In this document: in pieces, positions 1-7,789 of the stretch | Numbering within the stretch: position 1 is the first letter of the stretch | Layout: every line of letters starts with the position of its first letter | Assembly: GCA_040389905.1 (NCBI GenBank) | Contig: JAZJZK010000040.1 | Span: 1-41,938 of the forward strand | Reading direction: 5' to 3' | From: Gemmatimonadota bacterium | GTDB lineage: Bacteria; Gemmatimonadota; Gemmatimonadetes; Gemmatimonadales; Gemmatimonadaceae | DNA length: 41,938 nt | Notes under the pieces: model-generated | Seen by the model: the letters and a program-made list of their open reading frames with translations, nothing else | Told to the model about the DNA's origin: nothing | Databases searched by the model: none | Translations under genes and position numbers: made by a program

Positions 1-51
1 CGGCCGCTCACGCCACGGGACAACGCCTGGTATTTTTGCGCCAAGAAGTAA

Positions 52-537
52 CTAACGACCGATCACCTTCAACCGGCGCCGAATGGACTTTGGCAGAAAG
101 AACGCGGCTGCCGCGAGCGCTTCGCGCAGGTTCAGCTCCGCGAGATCCTCCTTTGCGCCCGACCAATACGACGCCAGCACTGCTGGGCCCGCATTCGCTA
201 TCAGCCGCTGGAGCGCGACGACCAGGATGAAAACGTCATCCACTTCCCCAATGAACGGGATGATGTCGGGGACGAGATCGAGCGGCATGACGATGTAGGC
301 GATCGCACCCGCAACCAGCAGCTTGTCCACCGATGCCACGCGACGGTCGGTGAGCAATCCGCCCAGGAGTCTGAGGTAGGCAGGAAGCTGCTTCATGTAG
401 TACATGACCGTCCGCCGTGCTCCGGTACGAGGCGCCCTCGGAACATCAGCCGCTTCTGCAGGCATGCGTCCGCGCGACGGTGTCGGCGACCCGGTGCGCT
501 TGCGCCGCGCCTCGCCTCGATTGATAGTGGAACTCAC
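52..537 (-). CDS. DUF1232/YkvA family membrane protein
   Basis: Motif AIAYIVMPLDLVPDIIPFIGEVDD is typical of DUF1232. The GTG start is uncertain. Confidence 0.85.
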   Translation of the reverse strand: MSSTINRGEARRKRTGSPTPSRGRMPAEAADVPRAPRTGARRTVMYYMKQLPAYLRLLGGLLTDRRVASVDKLLVAGAIAYIVMPLDLVPDIIPFIGEVDDVFILVVALQRLIANAGPAVLASYWSGAKEDLAELNLREALAAAAFFLPKSIRRRLKVIGR

Positions 538-549
538 GGTGTGACTCCG

Positions 550-1017
550 TTACGTGGGTGTGCCGGAACCCGGTGTAGCTCCGGAGCCCGGTGCGGCATC
601 ACCGGACTTCCCGGGTGTCGCTGTCCCACTCGCACCACTCGTGCCGCCGGACACAGCGTCGGTCACACCGGCGGCCGCCGAGCTAGCCGCCGACGCGGCG
701 GCGTCCACCACTCGGTTCGTGGCAGACATCAGATCGCTCGCGACTGACTTGCCGGCCGCTGCGGCCCCGTTGAGCACTCCCATCGCCTTGTTCATGAAGC
801 CCATCGTCTCCGCAATCGTGCTCGCGCTCACCTTTCCGGCTCGGAGCTTTTCTTCGACGGTATCGGCGAAACGCGAGAGCGGATTGCCCGCCGCGGCTGT
901 CGCACGCTCGGCGTACTTGGATTCGAGGAACTCGACGTAGTCGAGAACCTGATAGCCACGCTCGTCGGAGAGTGATTCGAGCTTCTGAAGCAGCTTGTCG
1001 CGCAGATACGTGTTCAT
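550..1017 (-). CDS. Hypothetical protein, DUF2281-like N-terminus with low-complexity Ala/Gly/Ser tail
   Basis: ATG at 1017 gives MNTYLRDKLLQKLESLSDERGYQVLDYVEFLESKY, resembling the DUF2281 'LP..Q.EVLDFVEFL..KY' pattern. The upstream extension in the ORF track looks non-coding. Confidence 0.7.
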   Translation of the reverse strand: MNTYLRDKLLQKLESLSDERGYQVLDYVEFLESKYAERATAAAGNPLSRFADTVEEKLRAGKVSASTIAETMGFMNKAMGVLNGAAAAGKSVASDLMSATNRVVDAAASAASSAAAGVTDAVSGGTSGASGTATPGKSGDAAPGSGATPGSGTPT

Positions 1018-1256
1018 GCCTCGCGTCCCGTTGAAGTGCGAATGTGGAGTATGACCGGTCGTTCCAGTGAATGCCAATGCCGGACGACACTTCTTCGTGA
1101 TTCCTCCGCAAGTTGTTTCGCGAATAACCCTGCGTGATTCCGCGCCTTGGAGATTGACGTGGTCGATCAGGAACATCGGTTCAGGGACGAATGGCTCGTG
1201 CGCTTGATGCATCGCGTGCCGGGCGTCACCCCCACCTCCATCGGGCAGTGGCGTGA

Positions 1257-1430
1257 GCAGGGCAAGGCGTATCTCAGCCAGGCGGCCGTGATCCGATCGC
1301 CGGACCGCAGGGCCACCAGATCGGCACGCTGTGCATCATCGACGAGAAGCCGCGGGAGGTGACGCCAGACGAACTGGAGTCACTGCGGGATCTGGAGCAC
1401 ATGGTGGAAATGGAGATCGGCAGCCGCTGA
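1257..1430 (+). pseudogene. Remnant of a GAF-domain gene (C-terminal part only)
   Basis: The frame between TGA 1254-1256 and TGA 1428-1430 reads ...GRDPIAGPQGHQIGTLCIIDEKPREVTPDELESLRDLEHMVEMEIGSR*, the typical end of a GAF domain. No start codon precedes the domain. Confidence 0.65.
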
Positions 1431-1446
1431 GCGACTGACGGCCGAA

Positions 1447-2472
1447 TCAACCGGTCCAGCGCTTCCGCGTTCCCCGCGCGTCGATGTGCACGTAGGGACT
1501 TGGATACCGGCGGCTCGTGTACAACCCAAGGCCGCCTGCGAGCTCGGGATACCGGTCTTCGACGCGCTCGACCGCGAGCATGACGAGCATCTCGTCCGTC
1601 ATGGTGATCCTCCCATCGCCGTCGGCATCAACCGCAATGTCTGCCGCGTCACCGTACTGGTGCCGGCTGTCGCTCGCCGCGCGTGGTACTCGAGCGTTGT
1701 GCGATGGCGAGCGGAAACCGGAATGGACGTCCACCGCGAGATCGGGCCGAACCGCGCCGCCGAGGTCAGCGAAGACGAGCTCCAACTTGTCGAGGAGCCG
1801 AGGATCGAGGACGACGTACTTCGGCCAGACGTCGCCCTGATCGTCGTGCGTGACGAAGTCGGCAAGCTTGAGGTGGCGCGTGACCTGAAGGTCGAGCATT
1901 TCTGGACGCACTTCCACGAATCCGTCCGGTCGTTCCTGCGTCCTCCGGCCAAAGCGTTCGGACAGATACGTCCCGATACGGTAGCCGTTCAGGCGGCCAG
2001 CGATCTTCTGATCGAACGGCACCATCACGGCGAGCGTCGGCTCCGGAAGGACTTCGCGCTCGGTACCGTGCACCAGCACCATCTGGTAAAAGCCGGGTTT
2101 CGCCGGCGCAATCGGCGGGGCTTCCGTCAACGGGCGAGTATAGGCAATGCTGATCGAATCGCCGTAGGGAATCCACGTATAGCTGAGCGAATCGGCGACA
2201 CCGGTGAGATTGACCGGGAACTCGACGGCTCTGCCCGGCAGGGCGAAGCGGACCTTGACGTTGCCACTGGCCCCGAACGCGTCAGCGGCGGGCTCGGCAA
2301 CGGGGCCAGCGCCGGACGCGACCGCCTTCGCAAGGCGTTCGAACGGCGCCGTCGGCATCGCGTCGGACGGCTTGAGAAACTGCACCACGGCGATCGTGGC
2401 CACACAAAACATCAGCCCCGCTCCAACGATGTGGAGGGCGCCGCGCCCTTCCGTGGGCTGCGAGTCGTTCAA
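1447..2472 (-). CDS. Peptidase M15 family (D-Ala-D-Ala carboxypeptidase-like, YcbK/DUF882-like) metallohydrolase
   Basis: Zinc-site motifs SGFRSPSHN, SRHQYGDAAD and YVHID, plus an N-terminal TM segment. TTG start. Confidence 0.85.
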   Translation of the reverse strand: MNDSQPTEGRGALHIVGAGLMFCVATIAVVQFLKPSDAMPTAPFERLAKAVASGAGPVAEPAADAFGASGNVKVRFALPGRAVEFPVNLTGVADSLSYTWIPYGDSISIAYTRPLTEAPPIAPAKPGFYQMVLVHGTEREVLPEPTLAVMVPFDQKIAGRLNGYRIGTYLSERFGRRTQERPDGFVEVRPEMLDLQVTRHLKLADFVTHDDQGDVWPKYVVLDPRLLDKLELVFADLGGAVRPDLAVDVHSGFRSPSHNARVPRAASDSRHQYGDAADIAVDADGDGRITMTDEMLVMLAVERVEDRYPELAGGLGLYTSRRYPSPYVHIDARGTRKRWTG

Positions 2473-2570
2473 GACGCCGCCTCGCTCGCGCGGGCGTCGT
2501 TCCCATTGGGTCGAACAACAAGAAAATCAGCCCGCCGCTTGGTGCGGGCGCTCGAGAACGAAACTGTCAT
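2469..2570 (-). CDS. Possible 33-aa upstream ORF coupled to the M15 peptidase
   Basis: ATG at 2570 gives MTVSFSSARTKRRADFLVVRPNGNDARASEAAS*. Its TGA overlaps the TTG start of the next gene (TTGA). Confidence 0.3.
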   Translation of the reverse strand: MTVSFSSARTKRRADFLVVRPNGNDARASEAAS

Positions 2571-2839
2571 GACTGGAACTATCTCTTCAGAGTGGCCATC
2601 GAACGGAGGCACGCACGCGCTCGTGATCAGAAACCCCGAAGCGGATGCTTTGTGCCCCGGACCGCCCGTTCCTTCCCCTCAATGGCGATCGGCTGCGCTC
2701 ACGTCCCTGAAAAATAGCCGCTCAGGGGCCCGAAGTGTACCGCTGGGGCGCATGAATTTGGTGAGAACGGGACACGCCCGTCACTTTTCCCGGTTACATT
2801 TCGCCCTCCACGCCTTCTCGACCACCCGCGACCTTCTGC

Positions 2840-4384
2840 ATGCCCAAGTCGTCCCGCGCCGCGCCGGTTGTTCTTCTTGTTCTCGACGGATGGGGCTATC
2901 GAGCCGAACGGGAGGGAAACGCCATTGCCATGGCGAATGTGCCTACCTGGGACCGCCTCTGGGCGCGGGCGCCGAAGACGCTCCTCGAGGCGTCGGGTGA
3001 GGCGGTCGGGCTACCCGCTGGGCAGATCGGAAACAGTGAGGTTGGCCACCTCAACCTCGGCGCAGGACGCGTCGTCCAGCAGGACCTCGTTCGTATTTCG
3101 ACGGCAATCCGGGACGGAAGCTTTTTCGCCAATCCGGTCTTCACCGCAGCATGCCATCAGGTCAAGGCGAACAATGGTACGCTCCATCTCATCGGCCTGA
3201 TCGGGTCTGGTGGTGTGCACGCCATCGATACGCACCTGATTGCCTTGCTCGACCTCGCGGAACGGGAACAGGTCCCTCGCGTTGCCATCCACGCCATGCT
3301 CGATGGACGCGACACCATGCCGCGTTCCGGCCTCGCCTACCTCGAGGAACTCCTGGCGAAGTCGAACGGGCGAGCCCGCCTCGCGAGCATCGGTGGCAGG
3401 TATTACGGAATGGACCGCGACCACCGCTGGGAAAGGACGGAGAAGTGGTACCGCTCCGTCGTCGAGGGCACGGGCCCGCGGAGCGATGATCCTATCGCGC
3501 TCGTCTCCGGGGCGTACAGTCGCGGCGAGACGGATGAGTTCCTGACGCCCACGACGATCGTGGATGACACCAACACCCCGATCGCCCCCATTCGCGACGG
3601 CGATGCGGTCATCTGCTTCAACTACCGGTCAGACCGGATGCGGCAGATCGTGCGCGTGTTGACGATGGAGGGGTTCGACGGGTTCGACGTCTCGAACCGG
3701 CCCAAGGTCACGCTCGTCACAATGACCCTGTACGATCAGACGTTCGGCGTCCCCGTCGCCTTCCCACCGCAGTCCATGGCGAAGATCGTCGGCGAGGTTG
3801 TCTCGGCCTCAGGCCTGACAATGTTGCGCACGGCGGAAACCGAGAAGTACGCGCATGTGACATACTTCTTCAATGGCGGGATCGAGACGCCGTTTCCGGG
3901 TGAGGACCGTCGACTCGTTCCCAGCCAGAAGGTGGCGACCTACGATCTCGCCCCGGAGATGAGCGCAGCCGGCATCACGGACGTTCTGTGTTCGGCGATT
4001 GCAGGGCGTGAACATGACTTCGTCCTCTGCAATTACGCGAATGCGGATATGGTTGGGCACACCGGCTCGATTCCGGCAATCCTCAAGGCAGTGGAGACGG
4101 TCGACCAATGTCTTGCGCGTGTCGTTGCGGCGGCGGAAGCGGCAGGCGCCCGGCTTCTCGTTACCGCAGATCATGGCAACTGCGAGATGATGATCGATCC
4201 GGAAACTGGCGGTCCGCACACGGCGCACACGACGAACCCGGTACCATTCCTGGTCGTCGACGGCGACGGACAACATGAACTGCGCTCCGGCGGCGCGTTG
4301 TGCGACGTGGGACCCACCATCCTCGGGTTGCTCGGCATCGAGCAACCTGGTGAAATGACGGGGCGCGACCTGCGCTTCGCCTGA
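2840..4384 (+). CDS. gpmI: 2,3-bisphosphoglycerate-independent phosphoglycerate mutase
   Basis: LDGWG, GNSEVGH (phospho-Ser), DGRD, AETEKYAHVTYFFNGG, DMVGHTG, TADHGN and HTAHT motifs; 514 aa. Confidence 0.97.
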   Translation: MPKSSRAAPVVLLVLDGWGYRAEREGNAIAMANVPTWDRLWARAPKTLLEASGEAVGLPAGQIGNSEVGHLNLGAGRVVQQDLVRISTAIRDGSFFANPVFTAACHQVKANNGTLHLIGLIGSGGVHAIDTHLIALLDLAEREQVPRVAIHAMLDGRDTMPRSGLAYLEELLAKSNGRARLASIGGRYYGMDRDHRWERTEKWYRSVVEGTGPRSDDPIALVSGAYSRGETDEFLTPTTIVDDTNTPIAPIRDGDAVICFNYRSDRMRQIVRVLTMEGFDGFDVSNRPKVTLVTMTLYDQTFGVPVAFPPQSMAKIVGEVVSASGLTMLRTAETEKYAHVTYFFNGGIETPFPGEDRRLVPSQKVATYDLAPEMSAAGITDVLCSAIAGREHDFVLCNYANADMVGHTGSIPAILKAVETVDQCLARVVAAAEAAGARLLVTADHGNCEMMIDPETGGPHTAHTTNPVPFLVVDGDGQHELRSGGALCDVGPTILGLLGIEQPGEMTGRDLRFA

Positions 4385-4403
4385 CGCAAACTCCAGATCA
4401 ACG

Positions 4404-5102
4404 ATGAAAGCACGCGTGATGGTTTTGTTGGCCGGCGCTGCGGCCCTGTTCGCTGCAGCCCCCGCGATGGCGCAGGTGGGACATCCGCCGGATCGCAGCC
4501 CGTTTCTCGACCTGGAGCACAACCAGGAACTCACCTTCGTGGGCGGGTGGATGAAGGCGCGGCACGACCCCGCCGGTGTTGCGCCGCTCAGCCGGCCGGC
4601 GTTCGGTGTTCGCTACGAGCTGACGCTCACAGGGCCGCTGGCACTCAGCAGCGACATCTGGACAGCGTTCGGAAGCCGCAACGTCGTCGATCCACTCAAG
4701 CCGGCCGCCACACGAAGCATCGGGACGCAAAGCAACGTGGAGACCGCGCTCGATCTCGCGCTCGCCATGAACTTGCCAGGCACACGCAGTTGGCATCGTC
4801 TCGTACCGCAGGTTCGCGGCGGAATCGGCTTCGTCCACAATGGTGCCAAGGACGATTCGTCGGGCTTTGCGTTCGGCACCCCGTTTGCATTCTCGCTGGG
4901 CGGCGGGTTGAAGTACGTACCGGGCGGCAAGATCCAGCTTCGTGCCGACCTGTCCGATCACATCTTCAAGCTCGGGTACCCCGACGCGTACTACCGGCTC
5001 GCCTCCGACAACACGACGGTCATTCCCGCGAGCACCCCGCGATCGTTCTACACGCATCACACGATGTTCACCGTGGGCGTGTCGTACCTCTTCGGCAGGT
5101 GA
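4404..5102 (+). CDS. Outer-membrane beta-barrel protein
   Basis: Signal peptide ending AMA-Q, alternating amphipathic strands, C-terminal FTVGVSYLF beta-signal. Confidence 0.75.
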   Translation: MKARVMVLLAGAAALFAAAPAMAQVGHPPDRSPFLDLEHNQELTFVGGWMKARHDPAGVAPLSRPAFGVRYELTLTGPLALSSDIWTAFGSRNVVDPLKPAATRSIGTQSNVETALDLALAMNLPGTRSWHRLVPQVRGGIGFVHNGAKDDSSGFAFGTPFAFSLGGGLKYVPGGKIQLRADLSDHIFKLGYPDAYYRLASDNTTVIPASTPRSFYTHHTMFTVGVSYLFGR

Positions 5103-5141
5103 CGTCCGGGTCCCGTCGTCACCTTCACGACGGCGGGCATC

Positions 5142-5636
5142 ATGGCGCACGATTACGAGAACCTGCACGACATCGATCAGCTGGACGACCGCGAACTCCG
5201 TGAGCTGGTTCGCGAGCAGCTCGCGCAGCATACCGCGCTGGACATCGGCGACATCACGGTCAGCGTGTCCGGTGGCAAGGTCCTCCTCTCCGGACGCGTT
5301 GGCACCGATGGAGAGCGACGCATTGCGGAACACGTGCTTACCGATGTGCTCGGCATTCAAGAGTTCTCCAACGACCTCGTCGTCGATTCAATCCGCCGCG
5401 CCGAGAGCTCCGACGACATCGACGAACACCTCGCGGACGAGGAGGTGCGCAGCGGCACCTTGCTGGGCGACGTCGCCGTGCCGTTCAGTCCCGAGGCGGA
5501 ACATCTCGCCGACGCGGTGAACGACGATCTGGAGGGAAGCAGCGACATGCAGAAGGTGATGGAAGACGGAATGACGTGGAACCCTCCGTCGACGCCGACT
5601 CCTGAAGGGATTGACGCGGAGTCTGGGGGACGCTAA
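5142..5636 (+). CDS. BON domain-containing protein
   Basis: D.ELR..V...L....LD...I.V.V.GG.V.LSG.V......AE......GI....NDLVV pattern, followed by an acidic tail. Confidence 0.85.
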   Translation: MAHDYENLHDIDQLDDRELRELVREQLAQHTALDIGDITVSVSGGKVLLSGRVGTDGERRIAEHVLTDVLGIQEFSNDLVVDSIRRAESSDDIDEHLADEEVRSGTLLGDVAVPFSPEAEHLADAVNDDLEGSSDMQKVMEDGMTWNPPSTPTPEGIDAESGGR

Positions 5637-5648
5637 CTGAGATGAGAA

Positions 5649-5784
5649 AGGGGACAGGGGACAGGGGACAGGGGACGGGTTTCGGGGAGCTAGGGCCTAG
5701 GAGTTAGGGGCTAGGAACAGCGATACTTCACGTAGTCCCTAGCACCTAGCACCTAGCACCTAGCACCTAGTCCCTGTCCCCTAG
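5649..5784. repeat. Heptamer tandem-repeat inverted element (AGGGGAC / GGRGCTA left arm; TAGCACC / TAGTCCC right arm)
   Basis: (AGGGGAC)x4 at 5649-5676, then GGAGCTA-like units, a spacer, TAGTCCC (TAGCACC)x4 TAGTCCC TGTCCCC. The arms are approximate reverse complements. Confidence 0.85.
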
Positions 5785-5785
5785 A

Positions 5786-6205
5786 ATGCCGTCCTTTCTC
5801 ACACGTCGTGTCAGTTTTTCAGCCGCGCACCGGTATCGCATCGCCGCGTGGAGTGACGCGCAGAACGAAGCAACCTTCGGGCTGTGTGCGCGCCCCAACT
5901 ATCACGGGCACAGCTACGTATGCGACGTTACGGTGACCGGCGAGATCGATCCGGTCACGGGATTTATCATCGACCTTTCGCTCCTCGACGCCGCGCTCGA
6001 GACCGAAGTGCGTCACCGCTTCGATCACCGGAATATCAACGTCGACGTGCCGGAGTTCGGCGAAGGAGCCATGGTGCCGACCGGGGAAAACCTTGCTCGC
6101 TTCATCTGCGAGCGGGTTCAACTGGCGATTGGATCAGCATCCCGGGTTGTGCGTGTCGTCGTCGCGGAAGATGCGACGCTCAGCGCCGCCTACGAACCGG
6201 AGTAG
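5786..6205 (+). CDS. queD: 6-carboxytetrahydropterin synthase (QueD/PTPS family)
   Basis: FSAAH, C...NYHGHSY, G.IID, FDHRNIN and PTGENLA motifs. Confidence 0.9.
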   Translation: MPSFLTRRVSFSAAHRYRIAAWSDAQNEATFGLCARPNYHGHSYVCDVTVTGEIDPVTGFIIDLSLLDAALETEVRHRFDHRNINVDVPEFGEGAMVPTGENLARFICERVQLAIGSASRVVRVVVAEDATLSAAYEPE

Positions 6206-6303
6206 CCCCGGAGCGTGACCTTCGGGCGGCTCGGTCGTGCTTCTTGCGGAGCAGGATCGCCTTGGCGCCGACGAGCCGGGGCACTCAGTCGCCCCCGGGA
6301 CCC

Positions 6304-7077
6304 GTGCCTACCGAATCGTCCGTTCTCGCCTCCAGGCCCATCACAGTTCGTAGCACAACCGCCGAACAATTCGAGCCGGTTCTCCGCATACACGCCGAGT
6401 TGATTCGCGCGAGTACGCCAACCGTCGACGCGGGCGCCGCGCGCGCACGAATCGCAAACGGTCAGGTCGGCTATGACGCGTCACGGGTGATCGCATCGTG
6501 CGGCGACCTGGTGCCGGCGTTCGTGCGCGTCCTCGATGCCTTCGAACTTGCCGGACTCGTCTCCAACGACGATCGTCGCGCAATTCTCGACGGCGATTTC
6601 GACCCAGATGACATCGTCAGCGGCTGGTTGACCGGCGATCGCGCGCCGCGCGGCCAGCGGCGAATCGTGGCTCGGCAGGTTGCAATCGTCATTGCCAACG
6701 CACGCCTGCGCGTCGCGACCGAACGCGTTGGCCCGCCTTCGCTCTGGCGCGCGTGGACCCGCGTTGTGTGCCCATGCTGCGGAGGGTCACCGGATATTGC
6801 GCTGGTGGAACGCGGTGGCGGCCGCTCGCTGGTGTGCTCTCGCTGCGACGCCCAGTGGCGCTCCCCCAGTGAATTGTGTCTTGGCTGTGATAATGGAGAC
6901 GCGCCGAGTGTAGCCAGGATCTCGAATCCGGCGCTCGGATATGACCTCGTGATGTGCAACGCGTGTGGTCGGTTCATCAAGGAACGTCCCCGACGCGGCG
7001 TGGAGTCGTTCCTCGTGGAACGCGCGATGACGACGGAACTCGACGTCGCCGCCGAGCAGCGGGGATTACGGATCTGA
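6304..7077 (+). CDS. fdhE: FdhE-like formate dehydrogenase accessory protein
   Basis: Four CxxC motifs (CPCCGG, CSRC..W, CLGC, CNAC..FIK) and an LD..AEQRG C-terminus as in FdhE. The GTG start at 6304 is a best guess. Confidence 0.75.
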   Translation: MPTESSVLASRPITVRSTTAEQFEPVLRIHAELIRASTPTVDAGAARARIANGQVGYDASRVIASCGDLVPAFVRVLDAFELAGLVSNDDRRAILDGDFDPDDIVSGWLTGDRAPRGQRRIVARQVAIVIANARLRVATERVGPPSLWRAWTRVVCPCCGGSPDIALVERGGGRSLVCSRCDAQWRSPSELCLGCDNGDAPSVARISNPALGYDLVMCNACGRFIKERPRRGVESFLVERAMTTELDVAAEQRGLRI

Positions 7078-7697
7078 CAATCCGTACGCCTTCGTGCGTC
7101 GGTGTCCTCCTGGCGGGGGGTGCAGCGCGGCGGTTTGGCGGCCTCCCCAAGGGGCTCGCTCTCGTCGACGAGGTGCGCATCGCGGACCGCGTTCTCAACG
7201 CGCTCAGGGGCGCGACGGATTCACTGCTCGTCGTTTCGAACGATGCGCGCGCACCGCAGTGGTTCCCTGCCCTGCCGGTCGTGGCGGACAGCCTTCCCGG
7301 CCTCGGTCCGCTCGCCGGCATCGAGACGGCTCTTCGCGCGGCGGCGGGAAACTCGGTGGTGATCGTCGCCTGGGACATGCCCTTCGTCACGACACCGCTG
7401 CTCCGCGGCATGCGCGCACTCGGCGAGATCGGCCCGCCGGCGGTGGTACCAGTGCACGGTGATCCGCCGGTGGCGGAGTCCCTGTGCGCATTCTATTCCG
7501 CTGACGCCCTTCCCGTGTGCACCGCGCTTCTTGCAGCAGGAGAGCGTCGCGCCGGCGCACTGTTCGAGGCGTTGGCTGACGCGCGATCGATACCACACCA
7601 CATTCTCGCCGAGCACGGCGAGCCGGAGAAGCTGTTCTTCAGCGTGGATGGTCCGGATGCACTGGACGATATTGGCGGGACGATGCCTCGCCTCTGA
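7074..7697 (+). CDS. mobA: Molybdenum cofactor guanylyltransferase
   Basis: LLAGG.ARRFGG.PK, GPLAGI and AWDMPF motifs. The likely start is CTG 7074, overlapping the fdhE stop. Confidence 0.88.
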   Translation: MTIRTPSCVGVLLAGGAARRFGGLPKGLALVDEVRIADRVLNALRGATDSLLVVSNDARAPQWFPALPVVADSLPGLGPLAGIETALRAAAGNSVVIVAWDMPFVTTPLLRGMRALGEIGPPAVVPVHGDPPVAESLCAFYSADALPVCTALLAAGERRAGALFEALADARSIPHHILAEHGEPEKLFFSVDGPDALDDIGGTMPRL

Positions 7698-7734
7698 GAG
7701 GCCGTGCTGCCATCTTTCTGTCCACACAGCATCC

Positions 7735-7761
7735 TGTCATCCTGAGCGTAGCGAAGGATCT
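7735..7761 (+). repeat. REP-like short palindromic element (TGTCATCCTGAGCGTAGCGAAGGATCT)
   Basis: Intergenic hairpin ATCCT...AGGAT. A related copy lies at 34405-34430. Confidence 0.7.
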
Positions 7762-7789
7762 GCACCTCAGAACACCTGACCCTTCGATC

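Noticed and set aside
1486..3000. 504-aa plus-strand ORF
   Set aside because: Antisense shadow of the M15 peptidase running into gpmI, with no recognisable motifs. Long shadow ORFs are common at high GC.
5884..6303. N-terminal extension of the FdhE-like ORF overlapping queD
   Set aside because: Arg-rich off-frame translation of queD, not protein-like.
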